The position numbers and the translations under genes are program-made. The notes under the pieces are model-generated. The model was not told the origin of the DNA and did not search any database. It saw only the letters and a program-made list of their open reading frames with translations. From the NCBI GenBank assembly GCA_963792585.1, contig CAWBWI010000006.1:192001-256000 (forward strand): DNA of 64,000 nt. The letters are read 5' to 3'. This document shows positions 10,401 through 21,188 of the stretch, one piece after another. Position 1 is the first letter of the stretch. Every line of letters starts with the position of its first letter. This stretch comes from Candidatus Eiseniibacteriota bacterium. Its GTDB lineage: Bacteria; Eisenbacteria; RBG-16-71-46; CAIMUX01; VGJL01.

Positions 10401-13400
10401 GACGCGTTCGCATAGATCACGGATCCCGCGAGGCGCCCGTAGACCTGCGCGTCGGCCTCCGTGGCGTTGAGCTGCCGAAGGACCACCTCGCTGTGCGTCC
10501 ACGCCAGGTCGAAGACGCGGTTCGCGAGGCGACGATCGTGATACTTCTCGACGAGACCCACGCAACCTTCGCGGGTCTCTCCAATTCCGAAGACGACATT
10601 CACGGTCACGGATTCCTCAGGATCCAGGACAATTCGATGCCGGATGGAGGCGATCGGATCGAGCACGCACCCGTGGCTCCCGGAGAGCCCGCGCCGGTCC
10701 GTCATGGCGACCGGATCGGCAGGGGTGTTCCCCCGACCGATGAACCGCTGCCGATCGGTTTCATAGGAGGTCTCCCCGACGGTCGCCCCGTGCACGGCCA
10801 TCAGGTGAAACATCCACGGCGACGATTCGTCGACGGAACGAGGGCGGCGGCTGCAGAGGATCGCCTGCCGTTGCGGAAGGATCTCCGTCTGAACGAACAG
10901 GTTGCTGAATGCGGGGTGGAGCGCGTCCGACGCGGACGGGGCCAGGACGACCTCCGTGTAGCTCGTCACCTCGATCTCTCTGCGTTCACGGGAGTGGTTC
11001 GTGATGCGCACGCGGCGGACCTCGACGTCATCCTCCGGAGAGACGGCAACCTCCGTGTGGGTCTCGAGGCCATAGTCGCGGCGGCGGAACTCCGCCCTCG
11101 CCTCCGACAGGATCGCTTCGTAGTACTCCGGCCTCTTGAGCGTCGGCTGATACGCGCTCGACCAGAACCGACCGGTCCGCACGTCGCGGATGTAACAGAA
11201 TGTCCCCCAGTTGTCACACGTGGCGTCCTCGCGCCACCGCGTGAGGGCGAGGTCCTTCCAGCGGCTGTAGCCGCCCCCCGCATTCGTGATCATCACGTGG
11301 TATCTGCCGTTCGATAGCAGTTGCACCTCGGGCACGGGAGTGTCCGGAGTGCCGAGCACGCGCGCCGGGGTCTGAAGGTCCCCGGAAGGCTTCGTGGCGG
11401 CAGATAGCTCGGCCGAGCGGGAATAGAATACCGTGCTCTTCGGCACCCTCTCCTGCAGCAGCAGTGCAGTTGCCCGGAATCCCGGATCCGACTCGAATCG
11501 CCTCTGCATTGGACGATCCAGGATCAGGTAGGCAATCGAGAGCAGGCTCATCCCTTGATGGTGCGCCATGAAGGAACGCACGATGACACTCGACTGTCCG
11601 CGTGAGAGACGGGTGGGCGTGTAGTCGATCGCCTCATAGAAGCCGTATCGTCCCTCACACCCGTTCACGGCGAGCCGTTCGAGGTTCGAGCATGCCTCTT
11701 CCGGCGCCACCATCAGCGCCAGGGCCGAGGCATAGGGTGCAATGACCAGGTCCGCTGCCAACCCTCGCCTGAGACCCAGACCCGGCACCCCGAATGCGAG
11801 GTATTGGTAATTGAGTTGGGCATCAATCGTGTTGTAGCCGGATTCGGAGATTCCCCACGGTACGCGACGCTGCCTGCCATACTCGATCTGCCTCTCGACC
11901 GCCGCTTTGTAGGTCCGATCGAGCAGCGTCTGCTCATGGGTCGGCATCACGAGAAGCGGCATGAGATACTCGAACATCGAGCCGCTCCATGAAAGGAGAA
12001 CGGGCGCTCCGCCGTTGGCGCCAAGTTGGCGTCCTAACGCGAACCACGTTTCTTGCGGAAGCTGCTCCTGCGCGATCCCCACAAAGCTCGCGAATCGCGA
12101 CTCCGACGCCAGAAGATCGTAGTAGCTTTCATCCCGCCGGCGCTGGGTGACGTTGTACCCGACCGCCAGCAGACGGCGGGCCTTGTCGTAGAGGAAGTCG
12201 TACTCCACGTCGGCGAGCTTTTCGGACCGCAGGGCGAGGGCCTCGATTGCCGCAATTCGGGCCGCCGCGCGGTCGCGGGCCCCCGCGATGCCGCTGCGAA
12301 GCGCTTCGAGGCCTTCCGTCTCCGCGGGCCCTGCACCCGAGGCACGCAGCCGCTCGATTTCCTGGAGTCGACCCCCGGCGAGCGTTTCGACTTCTCGAAG
12401 CGTGGGAATCCCCTCCATGCCCTGGATCGCCTCGGCGAGGCTCTGCGGGATCGGCAGCGCCGTCCACGGCGCGAGGGAGTCGAGTTCGTCGAGGGCCGCC
12501 CTGCATTGCCGGCTGAAGGCATTCGCCCAGTACTGGGCCTCAGCGGTCGGCTCATCCTCGTGACCGGCCACAACCTCCCCCATGGAATCGATCAGACGTT
12601 CGAGACACGCCCGGGCCGCCGTGAGGGTCGTGGGCTTCGCATCGCAAAGGGATTCCAGTTCCGCCTGCAGTCGGGTCGGGCGGATCGCATCGGACTTCCG
12701 GTCGGATTCCCCGTCGAATTCCCGATCGGCCTTCATGTGAATTCGGAGTGTGTCGCACAAGCCCTCGAACAACCGGGCGCCCAGGATGCTCTGATCGGGG
12801 ATTTCGAGAAGCCCCGGGCGCAGGGTCAGCAGATGACCCGCCAGGTTTCCGCTGTCCACGGTCGAAATGTAGAGGGGCGGCAGCGGGTCCAACGTCCGGG
12901 TGTCGTACCAGTTGTAGAAGTGGCCCCGGTACCGTTCCATGGCTTCCATCGCGTCGAAGGCGTCGGCGGTGCGTTTGATGAGCTGTCCTGCGGTGATGTA
13001 GCCGAAGTCGTACGCGGAGAGGTTCGAAAGCAGCGCGAGCCCCATGTTCGTCGGCGACGTCCGGTGCGCGATCCTGGGGGCGGCGAGTTCCTGGAAATTG
13101 TCAGGGGGCAACCAGTGGTCTTCGGGCCCGACGAACGTCTCGAAGAACCTCCAGGTCCTGCGCGCGGTCCTTCGGAGGAAGAAGCTCTGGTCGGAAGTCA
13201 GGAGCGGCTCGCGACGGGAGAGTGGACGGCTGATCCACCACGCGATTGCGGGCGCGGCGATCCAGAGCCCCAAGATGGGCCCGGCCACGGGCAGCGCGGA
13301 CGGCTTCACGATCGCCAGGACGACGAACGCTGCGATCGCGACGGCGGGCGCAATACCCATCAGCCGATACGAGGCGCCAATGCTCGTACGGTTGCTATCG

Positions 13401-16196
13401 GATTCCTCAGTCCTCACTGGATGGATTCCACTCGAGAAGTCGCCTGCGCATGATCAGCCGCACGATCGTGCGGGCGATCGCGTCGATGCTGAAGAACGCC
13501 TCGTACGGAAGGCAGACGAGGCTGAATGTCGCCTGGAAGAGGCGACGGCCCGCCGAGCGTACGGTTGAGACGAGGTGCTGCATCAAGGTCGTGTCCTCCG
13601 CCTTCTGAAAGAGATCCAGAATGGAGGCGACGAGAGGAGGGATCATGATGATCCCTACCACCGATAGGGTCCAAAACCATGCGGGCGACAGAACGATCCA
13701 CCCTGCGAGCAACAAGAGGGTCAACGATGGGGGGACGAGGCTGCGCCTGAGGTTGTCGAAGAGCTTCCATATCGACAGCCCCGACATCGGGTTCCTCTCC
13801 GGGCGCCGCCCGGGGCCCGGAACGCGGGGGAAGAGCCACCCCACGAGTTGCCAATCTCCACGGATCCAGCGATGCCGGCGGCTGACGTCCGCGCTGTAAC
13901 GGGAGGGATAGTCCTCGAACAGCTCCACATCGCTCAACAATCCCGATCGGGCATAGCAGCCCTCGAGAAGATCGTGGCTCAGGATTCGATTCTCGGGAAA
14001 GCGCCCGCCGAGCGCCCGCTCGAACGCATCGACGTCGTATATCCCCTTGCCGATGAACGAGCCTTCGTGGAAGAGGTCCTGGTAAACATCCGATACGGCG
14101 CGCGTATATGGGTCGATCCCTGGCTCGCCGCCATAGAGCCGAGCATATCGCGACCGGTTCGTGCCCGGCAGGCTCACCGCCACGCGCGGCTGGAGGATTC
14201 CGTAGCCCTCGGTGACGCGCCGCTTGCTCTCGTCGTACTGGGGACGGTTCAGCGGATGCGCCATTGCCGCGACGAACTGCCGAGCCGCGTCGCGCGGAAG
14301 CTCGGTGTCCGTGTCGAGGGTGATCACGTATCTCACGTTCGCGAGGACGTGGATCCCGCCGACGACGAGCGAGAACGGCTCGGTGGAGCCGCTCTGGAGC
14401 AGGGCATTCAGATCCGTGAGCTTCCCGCGCTTGCGCTCGTGTCCCATCCAGATTCGTTCAGCGGGATTCCAGCTCCGTGGGCGGTGGAAGAGGAAGAAGG
14501 AGCCCCCGTCACCGCGCAGGTACTTCTCGTTGAGTTCCTCGACCCTGTTCCGTGCGTACTGGATGAGGGACTCGTCCTCCGGCATCGTCTGCCGGCGCGC
14601 GTCCGAGAAGTCCGTCAACAGGGCGAAGTGAAGGTGTTCGTCCCGATTGGCAAGGAACCGCACCTCCAGCGCCACCAGCAGTTCATCGATGTTCTCCGGA
14701 CTCGTCATCATGGTCGGGATCACGACGAGCGTGCGCGCCTCCGGCGGAATCCCCGTCGAGAAGTCCATCCGCGGCAGCAGGTGCGGCCTGGCGAGCAGGA
14801 CGGTCAGCCAGTTGACCAAAGCGACGGCCAGCTGGCTCGTACTCAACAAGGAGAGGAGCCCGATCAACGCCCATGGCCAACCGCGCAGCCCTGAGCTTGC
14901 GGCCACCGCGAGCAGCCCCCCCGTAAGGGACGCCGTAGTCAGAACGATCGGGCACAGGTAGGCGATGAGCGGATGCCGGCCCGCGATTCGGCGGAGCGTC
15001 CCCGCGAAGCTCATGCGAGCTTCCGCCAATCGTTGAAGCTCGGGCAGGCCCTTGTCGATCAGGTAGAATCCCACGTGCGCCGATCGAGCGCGGATGCCGT
15101 CGGCGTTTGCGCGGGCCTCCGCGAGATGGACGGCGAGGCGCGCCACCTGCTGCTCGGACGACGGGGAGTGGTCCGCGACGCGCTCCACCGTGTGGCGGTA
15201 CCGATCCCGCGTGCCGAAATCCATTCGGCTGTAGGCGCCGGCTGGGTCCTCTCGCAACGTGGCCTCGACGACACTCATGGTCTCGACGAACTCGCGCCAG
15301 TCCATCGCCCCCAGGAACCGGAGACTGCCGATGCTGTTGCTCATGGAGACCTGATCCGCCGCCTGCTGCTGGTTCTCCGACTGAATCAGCTGCTCGATGG
15401 TCAGGCCGGACTGGGAGAGCCGCTGCTCGATCCAGGTGAGCGGCAGCGCCAGGGCGGAACTCTGGCCCTGAAGGCGGCGGACGAGTTCTGCGACGAACGA
15501 ACTGACCATGGGCGGATTGGAACGCGTCATGTCCGCAACCACGAGGATGAGGTTGTTCGGATCCCGCTCCGCGGTCTCGGTCATCAGGTCGGCCCAGTGG
15601 TCCGCGCGGTTTCTGTCGATCCTGTCCGTGGCGATGCGCGCGGCGACGCGTCGCAGATTCTCGATGAGCGCCAGGCGCAGCATGATCGGGATGGCCCATA
15701 GCTCACCGAGCTTCAGCACGGTGACCGTCTGGTAGGCTGCCACGAAACTGCTCAGATTCTCCGGATCGACCCGTCCATCGCCGTGCGAGATCGTCTCCAG
15801 GGCGATGTCATACACGCGCGGAAGTCCGGAGGACGCCCCTCCGCGCAAGGACGGCAACTTCCGGCTGTAGTCCCTCGGCAGGTGCCGCCTGGCGGTGCGA
15901 ATCTGTTCTTCGATCAGGTAGAAGTTGTCGAGCAGCCACTCGCCGGCCGGCGTGATGCGGCGGTCCGTCCTGACCGCCTCCGTCACGAGAACGCGGGTTT
16001 CCAGCAGGACCCGTTCGTTCTCGTCCAGGCGCGGCAGAAGACGATCCGAAGCCCCACCGAGAGCCGACTCGTGCAACCCGGCCAGGATCTTGCCGTGCAG
16101 CTTCATCTGCTCGGCGCTGAAGAGCTCCGATCGTAGCGGCTGCTCATCGGCGGAGAACCTGCCGGTGGACCGCGGGAATCGTACCGCTGGGACCAT
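7493..16196 (-). pseudogene. ndvB: Cyclic beta-1,2-glucan synthase/phosphorylase (Cgs/NdvB), split by one frameshift near 13410 (real lesion or sequence error)
   Basis: The 5' part (ATG 16196 with SD GGGAG, to 13407) has TPAGEWLLDNFY, TLDTDT, GKGIYDVDAF, SHDLLEG and RRHRWIRGDWQ. The 3' part (13417-7493) has LPPDNFQE, RTSPTNMG, WGISES and GH94 motifs GFRDQLQD, GDWNDGMN, RENGGQYTH, WYTGSAGW. The frames switch at ...EWNPSSED*/TEESDS. Confidence 0.9.
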
Positions 16197-16427
16197 GGGG
16201 AGACTCCCGTCGAAGATCCCGGAGGCTAGGAAAGGCCTATGCCGGCGGCGTGAACACGGTTGGGGACGCGCAAGACCCAACTTGCGTCTCCCCCGCAAGC
16301 TAGCGGCAGGCGGCGGCGCGCTCTATGGGCCTTTGGTCCAACAGGGACTCCGGACGGGAAGGTCGGCCGCAAGGAAGGTCAGCAGTCTGGCAAGTCCGCC
16401 ATCTGGAAGGCCAGGTGCAGTGGACGG

Positions 16428-17909
16428 CTACGCGGCGAGCAGCTCCTCCGTGTCGACATCGATCTCTTCAGGTTGCAGCACGCGGATGACCTTCTCTGAG
16501 GAGGGCATCGGGGCCCATATGGCGCCGGGATCGGTCGGCCCGATGCGGTCCCCGTTGGGTCGCATCAGAACTCGGCAGAACGGCCGGGAAGAATCCGCCG
16601 GATTGGGACTGGTGGTGAGGGCCGCATGACCCGTTCCCGTCAAGACGAGCGTGCCGGCCGGGTAGTCGCCCACGGTTCGAACGAGGGCACACACGACTGC
16701 AGGGTCGAACCGCGATCCGCTCAGCCCCTTGACATGTTGCAGACTGTCGAAGGGCGTCCAGGGCCGGCTGCGATAGGCGCGATGGGCTGTGAGCGCATCG
16801 AAGCAGTCGGCGACCGATACGATTCTCGTCGTCGTCGACAGCGGCAGTTTCGCAGCGCTCTTCGGGTAGCCGGAGCCGTCATATGAGATGTGGTGCTGAA
16901 GGCACGCCGCCATGGCGCCCAGCAACAGGCTCGACAACCCGGGCATCCGGGCGATCTGCTTCGCGCCCGCCAGCGGGTGCTGTGCCAGGACCTTCCACTC
17001 ATCCTCGAGGAGAGCGTCCGGCTTCATCAGCACCGCCTCAGGCACTTCGATCTTGCCGATATCGTGGAGGAGCGCCACGACCCCGAGGTCCGCGAGTTCC
17101 ACCCTCTTCAAGCCAAGCGATTGCCCCATCGCCACCGACAGCACACCGACGTTCACGCAGTGATGGAACGTGTACTCGTCGTGTCTCTTGAGCGCCGTCA
17201 GACCGATGAGTGCGTGTTCGTTGCGCACGACCATGTCTACGAGAGGCTGCATCACGCGTCTGGCTTCGCGGAGGTTTGGGTAGCCGGTTCTCTGCGTCCT
17301 CTGGAGAAGCCTCATCGCGCCCGATACGGCGGTGAAGTAGGCTCGCTTCGTCTTCCCCTGTTCCTCGATTTGCGCGGTCCTAACCTCGATGGACGGAACG
17401 CTATCCCCCGCGGCGATGGTGCTGACCGGCACCAGCGTCACCCCTGTGACTCCGGCCCAGCCCATCGTGGACGTCAGCGCCTTCACCCCGACAGGCCCGT
17501 TGGGGACGACGAAGATGGACAGAAAGCAGATGAGATCCCTCTCGGTGAGACCCGTCTGGAAGACGATCCCGCCTAGCTGCCGGCTGTCGAGCAACTCGAT
17601 CAGCATCCGGCTCACGACGGACGGAATGGCCTTGGGAGGCAGCCGAACGCCGTTGAGATAGAAATACTCATCCACCGTCGCGAGGACCACTTCCCCTTCC
17701 TCGCGGGACAGGTCCCTGATGATCTCGACGAACGCGGGTATGGCCCTCTGAAAGGCAACATTCGTGACCTGGTGCGTGCGCGCGATCCGCATCATCGCCG
17801 CCAGCTGCACGAGAATGGCGACCCCTCGCTCCTGAATGCGCGATTCCCGATCCTGCGTCACTGGCTGAGAAGGAACGGCGCCGACACGGTCCCCGTTTGC
17901 ATCAGGCAT
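16428..17909 (-). CDS. HD-GYP domain cyclic-dinucleotide phosphodiesterase with uncharacterised N-terminal domain
   Basis: HDEYTFHHCVNV, LLHDIGK, QHHISYDGSGYP, VADCFDALT..RAYR, FDP. Start overlaps the stop of the upstream HEAT gene. Confidence 0.9.
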   Translation of the reverse strand: MPDANGDRVGAVPSQPVTQDRESRIQERGVAILVQLAAMMRIARTHQVTNVAFQRAIPAFVEIIRDLSREEGEVVLATVDEYFYLNGVRLPPKAIPSVVSRMLIELLDSRQLGGIVFQTGLTERDLICFLSIFVVPNGPVGVKALTSTMGWAGVTGVTLVPVSTIAAGDSVPSIEVRTAQIEEQGKTKRAYFTAVSGAMRLLQRTQRTGYPNLREARRVMQPLVDMVVRNEHALIGLTALKRHDEYTFHHCVNVGVLSVAMGQSLGLKRVELADLGVVALLHDIGKIEVPEAVLMKPDALLEDEWKVLAQHPLAGAKQIARMPGLSSLLLGAMAACLQHHISYDGSGYPKSAAKLPLSTTTRIVSVADCFDALTAHRAYRSRPWTPFDSLQHVKGLSGSRFDPAVVCALVRTVGDYPAGTLVLTGTGHAALTTSPNPADSSRPFCRVLMRPNGDRIGPTDPGAIWAPMPSSEKVIRVLQPEEIDVDTEELLAA

Positions 17910-19689
17910 TCTTGCTCAACCTCGCGAGCGCGTCGACACACGCTTTCTTGACACTGCCCTGCCATGCATGCGTTCCGCGCTCCAGAATGGCCCTCGCCTG
18001 CGGGGTGCCGATCTGTGCGAGGCATATCGCCAGGAGGTCGCTATCCGTCGTCTGGCTTCGGGCGAAGAGCTTCCCCTTGAGGAGCTGCGTCTCGAGTACC
18101 GGCAGGGTCTCCTCGTTGGCCGTCGCGCTGATGGCGGCGAGGATCGCGCCCTTCTCCTCCGGAGGGCGCCGGGGAAAATCCGGGGCCGTCAGGTACCCTG
18201 CGAGCTTCCGGCTGACCTCCGGATCGCGATCCAGCGATAGGGCTTCGAGAACCATGGGAAAGATCCCGGCGCATTCATCCGCCAGCATCTGGAGGAGCAG
18301 CGGACGCGCCGCGCGCGGGGCCACGCCCTTGAGGGCGATGACCACCTGCCGCTTGACGCGATAGTCCCGATGGTGGATCACCGTACGCAACAACTCGACG
18401 GGACGGTCCCCACCGATCATCCCGAGCACATAGATTACGTTTCGCACCACGTACCAGCGCGGGTCCGAAGCCCAAGGTTCGAGGCGAAGCGGATCTTCCC
18501 GACAGTGATCTGCCACCGCCTGGGCGAATATCCTTCGATTGCGCCGCTCCTGGCTCTCCGCCATGGCGACCATGAGCCAGTTCAATGCCTCACGACCCAG
18601 CGATCCCGTGAACAGGACGAAGTCATTGACCTCCGCCGCGGATTGCCCGTCGAGACGCTTCACGAGATCCTGCATGGAGACGGATCCCTGAAGGTGCCGG
18701 CTGACGCTCTCACTCGAGCTCTGGAGACCGCGAAGACGGTGGTGCATCTTCATGCATGCGAGAGCCTCCGTCCACGAACCCAAGACGACGGCCTCTCTCA
18801 AGAGGCGCGTGAGGAACTGCTCGAAGACTCCGGCTTCGGAAACCGTCCTGCACCCGGCAAAGCACGATTCCGTGATGGCGATGGCGTTCCCGAGGAGCGG
18901 CGCACCCTGCTCCTTCTCGCGTTCTTCCAGGAATCGTCGCGCTTCCGCCGGCCACTGCGTATCCACGATGACAGGCGCTCCCGGCCTTGGCGCGTTCGAG
19001 TCGGAAGTGACCCAATCGTCCGATCGACCCAGGCGACCGCCCGGCTCCTCGCCTCCCTTGGTTCGCTCCGCGCCCGCGCTGATCGCCGCGCCATCCATCG
19101 AGGCGCCTCGGGCGGGCCATGGCAAGAACGACCCGGGCTCCACGGGGGGCAAATCGGATTCCTCGAGGAGTTCGCCCTCCAGCGGAATGACGTCGATATC
19201 GATGTGGGGGAGGTCCGCATCCCAGAGCATGGTGACGAGGTCGTTCTCGTCGTTGCCACGCGTGCCCGACAGCACGATGGCGTCCAGGAGGCCCACGAGT
19301 TCCCTTTGCTCAATGCCCGGGCTGAAACAGACGGCGCGGACCCCATCGCGGTGGAAGACAACGGCGAGCGTCTCCTTCACATCCTGTTCCGCGACGAGGG
19401 GCTGCTGCTCGAGCAGGATATCCTGAGCCGTGAACTGCAGGATGAGGGGGCCGTGCCTGTCCAACAGGAGGCGGAGGGCGTCGGTGAGTTCCCCGCAGAA
19501 GCGGTCCGCGATCGAGCCCTGTCCCTTGTAGAGGCGCCAGTTCTTGAGCGTCTTGCCGAGCGCGTTGATCCACAGGGATGCGGATCGCGGCAGTTCGCCC
19601 GAGGAGACGGAGGAGCAAGAGGGGACAGAGGAAGTCGCGAGACGACCGATCTTCGGGTCATCGATCTTGCTTTGCGGGTGGCTGGACAT
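17902..19689 (-). CDS. HEAT-repeat protein
   Basis: True start is probably ATG 19689 (SD GAGGT); the longer ORF-track extension overlaps another gene. C-terminal HEAT-like repeats: DPRWYVVRNVIYVLG, HRDYRVKRQVVIAL. Confidence 0.8.
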   Translation of the reverse strand: MSSHPQSKIDDPKIGRLATSSVPSCSSVSSGELPRSASLWINALGKTLKNWRLYKGQGSIADRFCGELTDALRLLLDRHGPLILQFTAQDILLEQQPLVAEQDVKETLAVVFHRDGVRAVCFSPGIEQRELVGLLDAIVLSGTRGNDENDLVTMLWDADLPHIDIDVIPLEGELLEESDLPPVEPGSFLPWPARGASMDGAAISAGAERTKGGEEPGGRLGRSDDWVTSDSNAPRPGAPVIVDTQWPAEARRFLEEREKEQGAPLLGNAIAITESCFAGCRTVSEAGVFEQFLTRLLREAVVLGSWTEALACMKMHHRLRGLQSSSESVSRHLQGSVSMQDLVKRLDGQSAAEVNDFVLFTGSLGREALNWLMVAMAESQERRNRRIFAQAVADHCREDPLRLEPWASDPRWYVVRNVIYVLGMIGGDRPVELLRTVIHHRDYRVKRQVVIALKGVAPRAARPLLLQMLADECAGIFPMVLEALSLDRDPEVSRKLAGYLTAPDFPRRPPEEKGAILAAISATANEETLPVLETQLLKGKLFARSQTTDSDLLAICLAQIGTPQARAILERGTHAWQGSVKKACVDALARLSKNA

Positions 19690-19784
19690 ACCGCGTACCT
19701 CTGCCCCCTCGGAGCCGGCTCCTGGGCTGGGATTGAACCGAAATGTTCCTACATATCTGATATCGACCCCGCAGGAGGCGCGGA

Positions 19785-21131
19785 TTAGAGAAGTTTCGCT
19801 GGGGGACGCTGACCCGCCCCAAGGAGAAGAATGAACGGCAGGACCGGCATGCGAAACCGGCTGTTGGAGTCGAATCCCGCGCTCGCCAGGGCCAGGAGGA
19901 GCGCTGAGACCAGCCAGATCGCGCACAACCCATCCCTCCGGCGCCAGGCGCGGAAAGCCCCGATCGCCCCGAGTGCGTAGATGGCCGCGAGCGAGACCAC
20001 GCTCCACGCCAGGAGGAGCCAGCATGCCGAATCTCGATCGCGGGCGGCCGAGGGCATGGTGAACCGTGGGAATTGCAGTCCCGTCTCGCCGGCCTCGATC
20101 CGGTAAGTGGACGCAACCGTGCTGGCATCGCGGTATCCGGATTCGCCAAGCAGAATGCGGCGGAGGGTCCACTCCCCCGGGCCCAGGAGCGTTCTGGCCA
20201 TCCCAACGCCGAGGGTGCGGGCGACGCGCAGAGGATGTCGCGCGATCGCGCCCCCTGCGTCTGCCAGTCCGGAAGCGAGGCCCCGGGTGTCGTAGGTGCT
20301 CGTCTTCATCGGGGCGATCCCGTCCTCGAGATACTGGCTGCCGTGGACGGAGCTCAAGAAGGAGGGAAGGGTCTTGGAGATCTCCCAGAATCCTCCTTCG
20401 ATCCCGTTGCGAACCGACCAGGCTGCCGGCGCGAGGCAGGCCGCGAGCGACCAGACGATCACCTGTTTGCGGTAGATGGGTCGACGCATCACGCAGACGA
20501 GAATCAGGAGCCCTTCGAGACAGGGAACGATGCCGATGGGGCGCACGAGGGTTGCGATTCCCGCGGCGATCCCGGAAAACGCCAGCGTCGGCGTCGAGGG
20601 CCGTCTGATGCCGAGAACGAGCAGCCATGCCGCAGCGACGGTTACGAGGACGTACAGAGGCTCGGTGCCGATGGACATCGTGAGTGCGAGGACAACCGGA
20701 TTCGTGAGGTAGAGGACCCCGATCCCCCAGGGGATGCGCGACCCTTGCCCGCGGGCGGCGTGACCGATCCCGATCGCCGTCGCCAGCCCCATGGCCATCT
20801 GGAGAATCATCGCCAGCCTCAGATTCGCCGGGGACCGCCAAGCGTGCAGGCCGGCTAGCATCAACGGGTAGATCGGCGTGCGATAGAGTTCGGGCTCGCC
20901 GGGATGGTAGTGCGAGAGGAAGCGGTGATCGACGTTGAGAGTGCGGGCCAGGCCGAGATACTCGACCCCGTCGGCGGTGATCGCTCGGGACGGCTCTCGG
21001 ATCACGACCCAACCGACGGCGAGGAGGGCGATGAGCGCCAGGGCGCACATCGTGGCTGAGCCGCTGATTGGCCTCCTGCAGATTTGATGATGCACGGTCG
21101 CCTCCCGTCGATCCGGTGAGAGAGAAGTCAC
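19785..21131 (-). CDS. Polytopic membrane glycosyltransferase-like protein (ArnT/GT39-like, GT-C fold); start uncertain
   Basis: DGVEY, YRTPIYP, TEPLY, TLVRPI and a C-terminal SRFRMP motif, with many TM segments. Confidence 0.65.
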   Translation of the reverse strand: MTSLSPDRREATVHHQICRRPISGSATMCALALIALLAVGWVVIREPSRAITADGVEYLGLARTLNVDHRFLSHYHPGEPELYRTPIYPLMLAGLHAWRSPANLRLAMILQMAMGLATAIGIGHAARGQGSRIPWGIGVLYLTNPVVLALTMSIGTEPLYVLVTVAAAWLLVLGIRRPSTPTLAFSGIAAGIATLVRPIGIVPCLEGLLILVCVMRRPIYRKQVIVWSLAACLAPAAWSVRNGIEGGFWEISKTLPSFLSSVHGSQYLEDGIAPMKTSTYDTRGLASGLADAGGAIARHPLRVARTLGVGMARTLLGPGEWTLRRILLGESGYRDASTVASTYRIEAGETGLQFPRFTMPSAARDRDSACWLLLAWSVVSLAAIYALGAIGAFRAWRRRDGLCAIWLVSALLLALASAGFDSNSRFRMPVLPFILLLGAGQRPPAKLL

Positions 21132-21188
21132 GGCGATGAGGCGATCAGGGTGGAGAAGCGGGATGGGTGCAGCCCATTCGAGGATTGT

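Noticed and set aside
13407..13409. UGA ending the 5' half of cgs as a selenocysteine codon
   Set aside because: The homologous sequence continues in a different frame, there is no Cys context, and no SECIS-like hairpin matches the selD pattern.
16262..16294. Hairpin GGGGACGCGCAAG...CTTGCGTCTCCCC upstream of cgs as a riboswitch or attenuator
   Set aside because: It is a single imperfect hairpin with no aptamer consensus or U-tract and could simply end the HD-GYP transcript.
19690..21048. N-terminal 450 aa of the 1048-aa ORF 17902..21048
   Set aside because: It is an R/P-rich shadow frame overlapping the membrane GT gene on the same strand, and a good SD and ATG exist at 19689.
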